Shown: positions 18,746 to 28,576 of the stretch, piece after piece
How the letters are laid out: each line of letters begins with the position of its first letter
Numbering within the stretch: the stretch's first letter is position 1
NCBI GenBank assembly: GCA_017508875.1
Contig: JAFWQX010000106.1
Location: 1 to 54,444, forward strand
Direction: 5' to 3'
Length of the DNA stretch: 54,444 nt
Source of the DNA: Clostridia bacterium
GTDB taxonomy: Bacteria; Bacillota; Clostridia; UBA1212; UBA1255
Translations under genes and position numbers: made by a program
Notes under the pieces: model-generated
Database searches by the model: none
Seen by the model: the letters and a program-made list of their open reading frames with translations, nothing else
Told to the model about the DNA's origin: nothing

Positions 18746-21169
18746 ATGCTGCTTAACAAGGATACTTTTATCCGTGATTATAAAAATAAGATCGTAACTA
18801 TGTTCAGAGAACGCTTCGAGGAAGCTTCTCTTGAAGAAAAATATCTGGCACTTGGCTCGCTTATAAGGGATTACATGGCTCCGGACTGGCTTTATACCGA
18901 AATGAAGGACAGCGAAGAGAAAAAGAAGCATATCTATTACTTTTCGATGGAATTCCTTATCGGCCGCCTGCTCGACTCCGCCCTGATCAACCTGGGGATA
19001 AGGGACCTGGTGCGCGAAGGACTCGAAGAACTCGGACTGGAATTGCCCGTCCTCGAAGAAGAGGAGCCGGACGCCGGACTCGGGAACGGAGGACTCGGAA
19101 GACTTGCCGCCTGCTTCATCGACTCGATGGCTTCGCTTGATATCGCGGGCACCGGTATCGGCATCCGCTACAGGTACGGCCTTTTCCGCCAGCTTATAGA
19201 GAACGGCTACCAGGTCGAGACGCCGGATAACTGGCTTAAGATACCGAACGTCTGGGAGATCCGTAAAGCGGAAGACGCGCGAATCGTAAAATTCGGCGGA
19301 AACGTTAATATGAACTGGGGCCTCGACGGCAGACTTTACGTAGAGCTTACAGATTACGAGCCTGTGCTGGCCGTTCCGTACGATATTCCCGTGCCCGGAT
19401 ACAGTTCGAACCGCGTAAATACGCTTCGCCTCTGGAGCGCCGAAACCGAGAACTCCGGATTTGACTTCCGCGAATTCAGTAAAGGCGACTACGACAAGGC
19501 AGTGGAGAATATCATCACGGCACATTCCATTTCCAACGTTCTGTATCCGGACGATTCGACTCCGCGAGGAAAGCTTCTGAGACTCAAGCAGGAGTATTTC
19601 TTCACGAGCGCAGGACTTCAGGACATACTTGGAAGATATTTGAAAGGCGGCGGGGATATCAGAGAGTTTCACCGCTATAATGCCGTTCAGATCAACGATA
19701 CGCATCCGGCGCTGGCAATACCTGAGCTTATGCGTCTGTTAATGGATGAGCACGGGCTTTCGTGGGACGAGGCGTGGACAATAACTACCGCTACGTTCGG
19801 ATATACGAATCATACGATACTGGCGGAGGCGCTCGAGAAGTGGAACCTCGATATGTTCAAGAAGCTGCTTCCGAGGATATATATGATCACGGAGGAAATA
19901 AACAGACGTTTCGTTGCCGCGCTTTCACAGACTAAAGGGTACGGCTTCGACCGCATCTCAAAAATGTCAATAATTGCCGACGGGACGGTAAAGATGGCGC
20001 ACCTGGCGATCGTCGGAAGCCACAGCGTGAACGGCGTTGCCCGCCTGCACTCGGATATTCTTAAGAACAAGGAACTGAAAGATTTCAGCGAATTTTATCC
20101 GGGAAAATTCAATAATAAGACGAACGGTATAACGCACAGGCGCTGGCTCATCGGGGCAAATCCGGAGCTCGCCGTGCTGATCGATTCGGTAATTGGCCCC
20201 GAGTGGCGTACGGAACCGAACAGACTTGCGGAACTCGAAAAATATATTGACCTCGGATTCGCAAAAGACGCCGCTGTGATAAAGCGCGCGAACAAAGTCC
20301 GCATGGCGGAGTATATAAAGAAGACGACCGAGATCGCCGTTGACCCCGAATCGATATTCGACGTGCAGGTAAAAAGGCTTCACATGTATAAGCGCCAGCT
20401 GCTTAACATTTTCGGCGTGATGGACATGTACCGCCGGATAAAGGAAGGTGAAGCGGGGGATATGTGCCCGCGCACTGTCATATTCTCGGCAAAAGCGTTT
20501 CCGGGGTACGGCCTTGCGAAAAACACGATTAAACTTATATGCACCGTCGCGGACAGGATCAATTCGGATACTTCCATCGGAGGAATACTGAAGGTCGTTT
20601 TCCTTCCGAACTATGACGTTAGCCTTGCGGAAAAACTGATCCCGGCGGGAGATATTTCCGAGCAGATATCGACCGCGTCCAAGGAAGCGTCGGGGACCGG
20701 AAATATGAAATTCATGATGAACGGCGCTGTTACGCTCGCGACGCTGGACGGAGCGAACGTGGAGATACGCGAGGCGGTAGGCGACGATAATATCATTCTT
20801 TTTGGAATGAATTCTGATGAAGTTATAGACATAGAGCAGCACGGCGGATACGATTCTTCGGCTCAGATCAGAAGCGATCCCAGGCTCGCGAAGATCATTG
20901 ACCAGGTAAGCGACGGTTACTTCGGATTTGCGGGAAAGAACGAGTTCGCGCCGGTGCTCGACCACCTTATCAGGGACAATGATCCGTATTTTGTGCTTAA
21001 GGATTTTGCTTCGTACGTGAGTGCGCGCGATAAGATCGACGCTATATTCAGGGACAAGGCCAGATTTGACCGTATGTGTGCTGTGAATATTGCGAAATCG
21101 GGAAGATTTTCGAGCGATAATACTATCGCCGCGTACGCCGACGATATCTGGAACGTGGTTCACAGATGA
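18746..21169 (+). CDS. glgP: Glycogen/starch phosphorylase
   Basis: LGNGGLGRLAACF, QINDTHP, YTNHT, EASGTGNMKFMMNG (PLP lysine). Confidence 0.97.
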   Translation: MLLNKDTFIRDYKNKIVTMFRERFEEASLEEKYLALGSLIRDYMAPDWLYTEMKDSEEKKKHIYYFSMEFLIGRLLDSALINLGIRDLVREGLEELGLELPVLEEEEPDAGLGNGGLGRLAACFIDSMASLDIAGTGIGIRYRYGLFRQLIENGYQVETPDNWLKIPNVWEIRKAEDARIVKFGGNVNMNWGLDGRLYVELTDYEPVLAVPYDIPVPGYSSNRVNTLRLWSAETENSGFDFREFSKGDYDKAVENIITAHSISNVLYPDDSTPRGKLLRLKQEYFFTSAGLQDILGRYLKGGGDIREFHRYNAVQINDTHPALAIPELMRLLMDEHGLSWDEAWTITTATFGYTNHTILAEALEKWNLDMFKKLLPRIYMITEEINRRFVAALSQTKGYGFDRISKMSIIADGTVKMAHLAIVGSHSVNGVARLHSDILKNKELKDFSEFYPGKFNNKTNGITHRRWLIGANPELAVLIDSVIGPEWRTEPNRLAELEKYIDLGFAKDAAVIKRANKVRMAEYIKKTTEIAVDPESIFDVQVKRLHMYKRQLLNIFGVMDMYRRIKEGEAGDMCPRTVIFSAKAFPGYGLAKNTIKLICTVADRINSDTSIGGILKVVFLPNYDVSLAEKLIPAGDISEQISTASKEASGTGNMKFMMNGAVTLATLDGANVEIREAVGDDNIILFGMNSDEVIDIEQHGGYDSSAQIRSDPRLAKIIDQVSDGYFGFAGKNEFAPVLDHLIRDNDPYFVLKDFASYVSARDKIDAIFRDKARFDRMCAVNIAKSGRFSSDNTIAAYADDIWNVVHR

Positions 21170-22929
21170 GATTTTTTCACGATCCTGCTTCTGATGAATA
21201 CAGATGTCCGCGCGGGGCGGTCGCGACCGGAAGTGCGGTTTTTCTGCGGTTCCGAATTGAAGACTGCGCGGATCCGGCGCGGCTTTCATTGACATTAACG
21301 CGTAGGTTCAGGGAAGAAGTGTCGGAGGTATCCGTTGAAAGCGCGGCCGTGTGCGGCGAGCTGTACGGGTTCAGGATAGGTGAAGACGTATTGTCCGCGC
21401 CGGGAGTATATTTTTACGGGCTCAGGTGCGGAGATGAAATGACCGGAAATATTGACCGTATCACTGTGTACGAGCCCGGCCTCAAAGCGCCCGAATGGTT
21501 CAAGAATGCCGTGATCTACCAGATCTTTCCCGACCGTTTCGCTATTTCCGAAGATCCGCGTGCAGTGCCTAAGGAAAACGCATTTACGTACGAGTCGGTA
21601 AACGACAGACCTGAATATATTAAGGACGCTGACGGCGAAGTCGTGCGCTGGGATTTCTACGGGGGGAACCTTAAGGGTATCGAGGACAATCTTTCTTACG
21701 TCGAAAGCCTCGGCGCCGATACGGTTTACCTGAATCCCGTATTTGAAGCGGCGTCAAATCACAGATATGACACGGGCGATTACGAACATATTGACGGCCT
21801 TCTCGGCGGCGACGCGGCCTTTTCGGAACTCGTGCAGAAAATGGATTTGCGAAATATGCGCCTTATTCTTGACGGCGTATTCAGCCACACGGGACGCAGG
21901 AGCAGGTATTTTGAAGCCGCGAAGAGGGGCGAGGCGCCGTATGCGGACTGGTATAATTTCAGGAGCGACGGAACATACGTGTGCTGGTGGGACGTCGCAG
22001 ATCTGCCGTGTGTTAAAGAACTTGAGCCTTCATATCTTGAATATATCGTAACAGGCCGGGACAGCATCGTGCGCAGGTGGCTAAGGGCCGGGGCATCGGG
22101 CTGGAGGCTGGACGTGGCGGACGAGCTTCCGGATGAATTTCTGGAAGCCCTTATGACTGCCGCTGCGGACGAAAAGCCTGACGCCGCCGTTTTCGGAGAA
22201 GTCTGGGAAGACGGTACGGATAAGGTGAGCTACGGCATACACCGTTCATATTTTACCAAACACGAACTGCACTCTCAGACGAACTACCCGTTTCGCGAAA
22301 GACTGCTCAAATTTCTTGAGGGCAGCATGAGCGCCGGACAGATCTCCGGACTTTTTCTGGAAGATTCGATACATTATCCTCCGGAAGTGTATTATTCGCT
22401 CGTCAATATGACAGGCAGCCACGACGTTGAGCGGCTTTTTACATATTTGAAGCGGATAACGCGCGGAGACGGACGCCTTGCCGCCGGGCTGCTTAAAGCA
22501 TACTCGCTCGTACAGTTCTGTTTCCCGGGAGTACCACTGATCTATTACGGCGACGAGATCTGTATGGAAGGCGGCACCGACCCGGACAACAGAAGGTTTT
22601 TCGACTGGAGCAGGGCGGGCGGCGATATGTGCGCATGGTTTTCCGGGCTTGCGGAATTAAGGCGCTCCGAAGAAGCGCTGACAGGCGGGTCAATATCGTT
22701 TATTGACGCCGGCGACAATATTTTCGCGTTTTCCCGCGCGGGAAATAACGGGAAATGCTTTTTGTGCGCCGTTGACCGCTTCGGGAGAGGCCCGGAATTC
22801 ATTCTTGACCGGCTCGAACTGAACGCAAACGTAAACCGGATCAAAACCTCGCTTGATTTTGCGGGCGATTTTAGATATAATATACTAAAGCAGGCAGATG
22901 GCTATGCAATTTTACTGGAAATTGTATAA
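21166..22929 (+). CDS. GH13 neopullulanase/amylopullulanase-type glycosidase
   Basis: YQIFPDRF, GGNLKGI, SNHRYDT, LDGVFSHTG, GWRLDVADEL, GEVWED, SHDVER, YYGDE. Confidence 0.93.
   Translation: MRFFHDPASDEYRCPRGAVATGSAVFLRFRIEDCADPARLSLTLTRRFREEVSEVSVESAAVCGELYGFRIGEDVLSAPGVYFYGLRCGDEMTGNIDRITVYEPGLKAPEWFKNAVIYQIFPDRFAISEDPRAVPKENAFTYESVNDRPEYIKDADGEVVRWDFYGGNLKGIEDNLSYVESLGADTVYLNPVFEAASNHRYDTGDYEHIDGLLGGDAAFSELVQKMDLRNMRLILDGVFSHTGRRSRYFEAAKRGEAPYADWYNFRSDGTYVCWWDVADLPCVKELEPSYLEYIVTGRDSIVRRWLRAGASGWRLDVADELPDEFLEALMTAAADEKPDAAVFGEVWEDGTDKVSYGIHRSYFTKHELHSQTNYPFRERLLKFLEGSMSAGQISGLFLEDSIHYPPEVYYSLVNMTGSHDVERLFTYLKRITRGDGRLAAGLLKAYSLVQFCFPGVPLIYYGDEICMEGGTDPDNRRFFDWSRAGGDMCAWFSGLAELRRSEEALTGGSISFIDAGDNIFAFSRAGNNGKCFLCAVDRFGRGPEFILDRLELNANVNRIKTSLDFAGDFRYNILKQADGYAILLEIV
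22853..22881 (+). promoter_or_regulatory. Putative nrdR promoter inside the 3' end of the GH13 gene
   Basis: TTGATT, 17 bp, TATAAT. Confidence 0.55.
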
Positions 22930-22968
22930 TTCCGGCCTATTTTGCGCCTGCGTTACGGAGAGATCGAA

Positions 22969-23430
22969 ATGAGATGCCCTTACTGCTCACACACTGAAGA
23001 TAAAGTTATAGATTCACGGCCTGCAGAAGATTTTTCTGCGGTCAGAAGACGCCGCGAATGTCTTAAATGCGGGTCAAGATTCACGACTTATGAAAAGATC
23101 GAAGATATGCAGCTGATGGTCGTAAAGAAAGACGGCAGCCGCCAGCTGTTTGACCGCGATAAGATCACCATGTGCATTATGAAGGCATGCGCTAAACGGC
23201 CCGTATCCCTCGAACAGGCAGAAAAGATCTCCGTTGAGGTGGAGCAGCAGCTTCTCAATTCGATGAAACGCGAGGTTAGTTCGCATGAGATAGGCGAACT
23301 TATTATGACCAGACTTAAGGTGCTCGATGAAGTGGCGTACGTCCGTTTTGCGTCAGTATATAAACAGTTTAAAGACGTCGATTCTTTTATGGATGAACTT
23401 AAAAACATGATCGAGGGAAAAGGCCGCTGA
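22969..23430 (+). CDS. nrdR: Transcriptional repressor NrdR
   Basis: MRCPYC...KVIDSR...RRRRECLKC..RFTTYE, ATP cone, DEVAYVRFASVY. Confidence 0.97.
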   Translation: MRCPYCSHTEDKVIDSRPAEDFSAVRRRRECLKCGSRFTTYEKIEDMQLMVVKKDGSRQLFDRDKITMCIMKACAKRPVSLEQAEKISVEVEQQLLNSMKREVSSHEIGELIMTRLKVLDEVAYVRFASVYKQFKDVDSFMDELKNMIEGKGR

Positions 23431-23531
23431 AGGCCTGAAAAGCCCGGAAATATCCGGAAATATCCGGAAAAGCCCGGAAAAGTCCGTAAATATCCGGAAA
23501 TCCCCGGAAAACTCCGGAAATGATCCGGAAA
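23431..23531. repeat. Tandem 10-bp repeat NNNCCGGAAA, about 10 copies
   Basis: aggcctgaaa agcccggaaa tatccggaaa tatccggaaa agcccggaaa agtccgtaaa tatccggaaa tccccggaaa actccggaaa tgatccggaaa. Confidence 0.95.
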
Positions 23532-23563
23532 CACACGAAAAAAAGCGCGAAAACTATTACCAG

Positions 23564-23622
23564 ATATTTCCGGAAAAATACTCCGGAAATATTTGCTTTC
23601 TGCGGCACCGGAGTGGTATCTT
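23564..23622 (+). promoter_or_regulatory. Perfect 11-bp inverted repeat abutting a putative comM-dprA promoter
   Basis: ATATTTCCGGA-N7-TCCGGAAATAT (23564-23592), then TTGCTT, 18 bp, TATCTT with TGn. Confidence 0.5.
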
Positions 23623-23670
23623 CGTCCCTGCAGCCGGCATATGGCTGACTAATGGCCGGAGGTTCGGACA

Positions 23671-25221
23671 ATGATCACTCGTTTTAATTCGGTTTGTTTG
23701 AGCGGAGTCACGGGGATGCTGACTTCTGTAGAAACATTTATCACACCCGGTATCAGGGAGTTCAGTATTATCGGACTCGCGGGAGCATCGGTTAAAGAAT
23801 CTAAGAACAGGGTATGTGCCGCTATAAAAAACAGCGGCTTCGAACTCCCGAAAGGGAGGATAACGGTAAATCTGGCTCCTTCAGATTTCAGAAAAGAAGG
23901 TACCGGATTCGACGTTGCTATAGCAGCGGGGCTTATGTCGGCTTCGGGTATTATCGACGCGGAGGCGCTCGGTAATTTTGCGCTGATCGGCGAGCTGTCT
24001 TTAGACGGAATGGTAAAAAACGTCGCGGGCGTGTTCTCGATGTGTGTGTTTGCACAGAAGAACGGGATCAACGACGTTGTTATCCCGGAAGGCAACGTTA
24101 ATGAAGTTTTATGCCTCGACGGGCTGCGGATCTGGCCGCTTTCGCGCCTGGATGATTTGGCGGCCATCTCAAAACGCGAAAAAACGCCGTTAAACGGCTC
24201 GCTGAGCGATTTTTGCGCTCAGGACGGGTTTCTTTCCGTCTCGGAGATAAAAGGCCATAAAACGGCTAAAAGGGCCGTTGAAATTGCCGCTGCCGGAAAA
24301 CACAATCTGCTTATGCTCGGCGCCGTAGGCAGCGGGAAGACGATGCTGGCCCACAGCATACGTTCGATCATGCCTCCTCTTGAAAAACAGGACGTGTATG
24401 ACGTCACTTCTGTCTACAGCCTCTGCGGACTACTTAACGAAGAGCACCCGGTTATTCGCGAACCTCCTTTCCGCGAAGTTCATACAGGGGTTACTAAAAC
24501 GGCTCTGATAGGGGGAGGGAGACCTGTTGTCCCCGGCGAAATATCGCTGTCTCACAGAGGCGTGCTGTTTCTCGACGAAGCAACTGAAATTGACCGCGCC
24601 GTGATCGATTCGCTAAGGCAGCCCATGGATCTCGGAGAGGTTACGGTTTCAAGAGTGGGGCATATCGAGAAGCTTCCTGCGGATTTTTTGCTCGTATGCG
24701 CCATGAACCCGTGCAGATGCGGGAATCTGCTTGAAGGGCCCGAGAAATGTACCTGTACGCCTAAAATGATAAATCATACTCTCGAAAAGATATCCAGACC
24801 GGTACTGGACAGGATCGATATCCATATTCCGGTTAAAACGCCGGGTTATGCTGAAATAAAGTCCGACGATCCCGAACCTGCGGATGTAATTAGAAACAGG
24901 GTGTGCGCTGTGCGTGCGCTTCAGCGGGAAAAGATTGCTTTTAAAGGGTTTAAAGCGCATACTTATTCGCGGCTCGGAAGTGACGAACTTAATAGTGTTC
25001 TGGAATTGGAAAGCGGCTCGGAGAGGCTGCTCATGCGCTCGGCGGAATATCTTTCGCTAAGTATCAGAGCTTATAATAAACTTAAGGCGCTCGCGGGTAC
25101 GATATCTGACCTGAACGGGCACTTAAAGGTGACGGAGAGCGATATGGCCGAAGCGGTGCAATACAGGATGATCGACCGGCGCCTGTTCGGCGAAGGAGGT
25201 GCTGCTGAAAATGCTGCGTGA
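23671..25221 (+). CDS. comM: YifB/ComM Mg-chelatase-like AAA+ ATPase (divergent)
   Basis: RITVNLAPSDFRKEGTGFD, IGELSLDG, GAVGSGKT, PGEISLSHRGVLFLDE, AMNPCRCG, LDRID; lies upstream of dprA. Confidence 0.92.
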   Translation: MITRFNSVCLSGVTGMLTSVETFITPGIREFSIIGLAGASVKESKNRVCAAIKNSGFELPKGRITVNLAPSDFRKEGTGFDVAIAAGLMSASGIIDAEALGNFALIGELSLDGMVKNVAGVFSMCVFAQKNGINDVVIPEGNVNEVLCLDGLRIWPLSRLDDLAAISKREKTPLNGSLSDFCAQDGFLSVSEIKGHKTAKRAVEIAAAGKHNLLMLGAVGSGKTMLAHSIRSIMPPLEKQDVYDVTSVYSLCGLLNEEHPVIREPPFREVHTGVTKTALIGGGRPVVPGEISLSHRGVLFLDEATEIDRAVIDSLRQPMDLGEVTVSRVGHIEKLPADFLLVCAMNPCRCGNLLEGPEKCTCTPKMINHTLEKISRPVLDRIDIHIPVKTPGYAEIKSDDPEPADVIRNRVCAVRALQREKIAFKGFKAHTYSRLGSDELNSVLELESGSERLLMRSAEYLSLSIRAYNKLKALAGTISDLNGHLKVTESDMAEAVQYRMIDRRLFGEGGAAENAA

Positions 25222-26347
25222 GATCAACGGCACTTCGGTAATGGTCTGGCTCAGCCTGCTCGGGAGACCGAATTATCTGATATACAGCCTGCTTTTGAAG
25301 GAATTCGGCTCTGCTGAGGGGATTTACAACGCTTTTCTTGCCGGGAGGAAACCGGAATCGCTGCGGGCTTACGAAAAGGTATTGACAGCGTTCGCCGATC
25401 CGGGCCTTGCCGCGCAGGCGGCGGAAATCTGTAATAAGGCGGAAGCGCGCGGGATGAAGATCGTTACTCTGAACGACTGGAATTACCCGTATAAGCTCCG
25501 GAATCTGCCTTCCGCCTGTCCGCTGGTCCTTTATTATTACGGAGAGATAAACGAAGAGGATTTCAGCGAAGGCGGCGTTTCCGTAGCGGTCGTCGGGTCA
25601 AGGCATTGTTCGGTTTCCGGTGAGGCAAACGCTGAATCATTCTCGTACGAACTTTCGAAAAGAGGCGTCAATATCGTTTCCGGCCTTGCCCGCGGCTGCG
25701 ACGGTGCCGCCCATACCGGCGCCCTTAAAGCCGGCGGCAGGACAACTGCGGTCCTCGCTTCCGGCGCCGACGTTATCTATCCGCCTGAACACAGAAATAT
25801 GTATAACCGGATCATACGCTCCGGCGGCTGTGTCATGTCCGAATCTCCTCCCGGGACCGTTCCGTGCAAGCAGCTGTTTCCGGCGCGCAACAGAATTATT
25901 GCCGGCCTCAGCGATGCTGTGATAGTGGTCGAAGCGGCTAAAAAGAGCGGCGCACTGATAACCGCTGACAGAGCGCTCGAGGCGGACAGGCTCGTTTTCG
26001 CGCTTCCCGGCGACGTGAGAAATCCCATGGCGTACGGCGCCAACGAACTTATACGCCAGGGCGCGGTCTGTGCGCTCGACGTCGGGATCGTCCTCGAGGA
26101 GCTCGGGATCGCGGATGAGAAGGCGGTCAAGAGAAAGCCCGGTAACGGCTCTGCGGCCGGGCTCCCTTACCCGCAGAATGCCGTCTATAACGCCATAATT
26201 CACGGTGCGGTCAATGCAGATGAGATCGCAGCTGTCACGCAGCTTGAAATCAATGATATCGGGAGCGCGCTTACGCTTCTTGAAGTGAGAGGCCTTATAA
26301 AGAGCACCGGTACGGGAATGGTCAGGGAGAGTTTGGGCGACAGGTGA
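25211..26347 (+). CDS. dprA: DNA-processing protein DprA
   Basis: VAVVGSR, IVSGLARGCDGAAH, FPARNRIIAGLS, VVEAAKKSGALITA, C-terminal winged helix. Confidence 0.96.
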   Translation: MLREINGTSVMVWLSLLGRPNYLIYSLLLKEFGSAEGIYNAFLAGRKPESLRAYEKVLTAFADPGLAAQAAEICNKAEARGMKIVTLNDWNYPYKLRNLPSACPLVLYYYGEINEEDFSEGGVSVAVVGSRHCSVSGEANAESFSYELSKRGVNIVSGLARGCDGAAHTGALKAGGRTTAVLASGADVIYPPEHRNMYNRIIRSGGCVMSESPPGTVPCKQLFPARNRIIAGLSDAVIVVEAAKKSGALITADRALEADRLVFALPGDVRNPMAYGANELIRQGAVCALDVGIVLEELGIADEKAVKRKPGNGSAAGLPYPQNAVYNAIIHGAVNADEIAAVTQLEINDIGSALTLLEVRGLIKSTGTGMVRESLGDR

Positions 26348-26461
26348 GTTAAGAGTTAAGGCCAGGCGGCTGGCGTTTAAAATCCCGCTTAAAATCTTCT
26401 TTACACGTTGCGATTGAAAGTGTATTATAAAAAAGTCAAATTAATATTGGAGTTGTGATTG

Positions 26462-28576
26462 ATGGCTGATTATCTTGTAATTGTAGAATCTCCTTCCAAA
26501 GCGAAGAACATAGGACGCTTTCTGGGAAGCAAATATAAAGTTGACGCGTGCGTGGGACATCTGCGCGATCTGCCGGCGACGAAGCTTGCTATAGATATTG
26601 ACGGCGGATTCGTGCCGCAGTACGTTAACATCCGCGGCAAGGCGGATATAATCAAGATGCTTAAAGAAGACGCTGCGGCGGCGAAGAAAGTGCTGATCGC
26701 GACGGACCCTGACCGCGAGGGAGAAGCGATAGCATGGCACCTTGAATACCTGCTCGGGATTGACAACGCATCCGTGTGCCGCGTTACTTTCCACGAGATC
26801 ACGAAGAACGTCGTGCAGGAATCCGTAAAAGAACCCAGGGCAGTTGACCTGAACTTAGTGGACGCGTATCAGGCGAGAAGAGTGCTTGACCGCCTGGTCG
26901 GATATCAGATTAGCCCGGTGCTGTGGCGCAAGGTTAAGAAAGGTTTGAGCGCAGGCCGCGTGCAGTCGGTGGTGCTCAGGCTGATTTGCGACAGGGAAGC
27001 CGAGATCGAGGCGTTCGTTCCGAAAGAGTACTGGAGCATCGAGGCTGAGCTTTCAAAGCAGACGGAGCCTAAAAAGGATTCGGACAGATTCAAGGCGAGA
27101 TATTACGGCGGGCTCGACGGAAAGAAAAAGAATATAGCAAATAAAGAAGCGGCGGATAAAGTCCTCGAAGACGTCAGGAACGCTGTTTTTGAAGTCAGGT
27201 CGGTAAAGACAACTAAAAAGAAGAAGTCTCCCGCGCCGCCGTTTATTACCAGTACGCTTCAGCAGGAAGCGTCAAGGCGCCTGAATTTCCCGTCGGCTAA
27301 GACTATGTCCGTAGTTCAGTCGCTGTACGAAGGCGTTTCGGTCGATGCTTCGGGCGGTACAGGTCTTGTAACGTATATAAGAACAGACTCTACGCGTATT
27401 TCGGACGAAGCGCAGGCCGCCGCTGTCGCACATATTAAAGAAGTGTACGGCGACAAATACGTGCCGGGGTTCAAGCGTGTGTACAAAAATAAGAACGCGG
27501 CGCAGGACGCGCATGAAGCGATCCGCCCGACGCATATCGATTTCACGCCCGAAAAGATCAAGTCGAAGCTGACAAACGATCAGTACAGGCTTTACAAGCT
27601 TATTTATGACCGCTTCATTGCGAGCCAGATGGCGGACGCAGTATTTGAAGTGTGCAACGTAGATATCACCGCCGGAAACAGCCTGTTCAAAGCGAGCGGT
27701 TCGGTGCCCGTTTTCCCCGGATTTACGAAACTCTACGAAGAACGCCAGGACAGTGAGAGCGAAGAAAACGTTAAACTGCCGCCACTTTCGGAAGGCGAAA
27801 AACTTGACCTCGAGCGCGTGACGCCTGAGCAGAAGTTTACTCAGCCTCCGAGCAGATATACGGAAGCGTCGCTTATTAAAACGCTTACCGAATACGGCGT
27901 AGGAAGGCCAAGTACGTATGCGCAGATCATTTCGGTAGTATTCACGCGCGATTACGTTGTGAGAGAGAAAAAACTGCTTGTCCCGACCGAACTCGGAAAG
28001 ACGGTGAACAAATACCTTAACGGCGCGTTTCCGAATATTGTCGACGTTTCGTTTACGGCCGGTATCGAGGAGGAACTCGATAAGATAGCGCAGGGAGAGA
28101 AGCAGTGGACAGGCGTTATAAGCGACTTCTACGAAGGCTTTTCAAAAGAACTCAAGAGCGCGATCGAGGAGACGGACCGGATGAAAGTACCTGACGAAGT
28201 CAGCGACGTCAAATGCGAAAAGTGCGGCAGACTGATGGTGTATAAGCAGGGAAAATTCGGCAGGTTCCTGGCGTGCCCCGGCTATCCGGAATGCAAAAAC
28301 ACTAAGAACATCACCGAGAACGTGGGCGTGAACTGCCCGGACTGCGGCAGACCGCTCGTTTATCATAAGAGCAAGGCAGGAAAAAAATACATAGGCTGCA
28401 GCGGATATCCGGAATGCAAGTTTATATCCTGGAACGTACCGACCGGTGAAAAGTGCCCGAAGTGCGGAAAACATCTTGAGTACGCATTCAGCAAGACGGG
28501 CAGGCGGTTCGTAACGTGCAGCAACAAAGAATGCGATTATAAGTCTTACGGCAAGAAAAAGAAGGATGAGACGTAA
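26462..28576 (+). CDS. topA: DNA topoisomerase I
   Basis: LVIVESPSKAK, ATDPDREGEAI, SAGRVQS, TYIRTDS, three C-terminal Zn ribbons; promoter-like TTTACA, 17 bp, TATTAT at 26400-26428. Confidence 0.98.
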   Translation: MADYLVIVESPSKAKNIGRFLGSKYKVDACVGHLRDLPATKLAIDIDGGFVPQYVNIRGKADIIKMLKEDAAAAKKVLIATDPDREGEAIAWHLEYLLGIDNASVCRVTFHEITKNVVQESVKEPRAVDLNLVDAYQARRVLDRLVGYQISPVLWRKVKKGLSAGRVQSVVLRLICDREAEIEAFVPKEYWSIEAELSKQTEPKKDSDRFKARYYGGLDGKKKNIANKEAADKVLEDVRNAVFEVRSVKTTKKKKSPAPPFITSTLQQEASRRLNFPSAKTMSVVQSLYEGVSVDASGGTGLVTYIRTDSTRISDEAQAAAVAHIKEVYGDKYVPGFKRVYKNKNAAQDAHEAIRPTHIDFTPEKIKSKLTNDQYRLYKLIYDRFIASQMADAVFEVCNVDITAGNSLFKASGSVPVFPGFTKLYEERQDSESEENVKLPPLSEGEKLDLERVTPEQKFTQPPSRYTEASLIKTLTEYGVGRPSTYAQIISVVFTRDYVVREKKLLVPTELGKTVNKYLNGAFPNIVDVSFTAGIEEELDKIAQGEKQWTGVISDFYEGFSKELKSAIEETDRMKVPDEVSDVKCEKCGRLMVYKQGKFGRFLACPGYPECKNTKNITENVGVNCPDCGRPLVYHKSKAGKKYIGCSGYPECKFISWNVPTGEKCPKCGKHLEYAFSKTGRRFVTCSNKECDYKSYGKKKKDET

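Noticed and set aside
19967-21295. 442-aa antisense ORF, and similar long shadows at 3982-4944, 18719-19705, 40632-41507 and 51085-52221
   Set aside because: They lie opposite well-conserved genes, show no recognisable motifs, and are expected from codon bias.
23088-23671. Minus-strand ORFs with FPGISG/FRIF repeats
   Set aside because: Translation artefacts of the 10-bp repeat; they overlap nrdR antisense and lack a ribosome-binding site.
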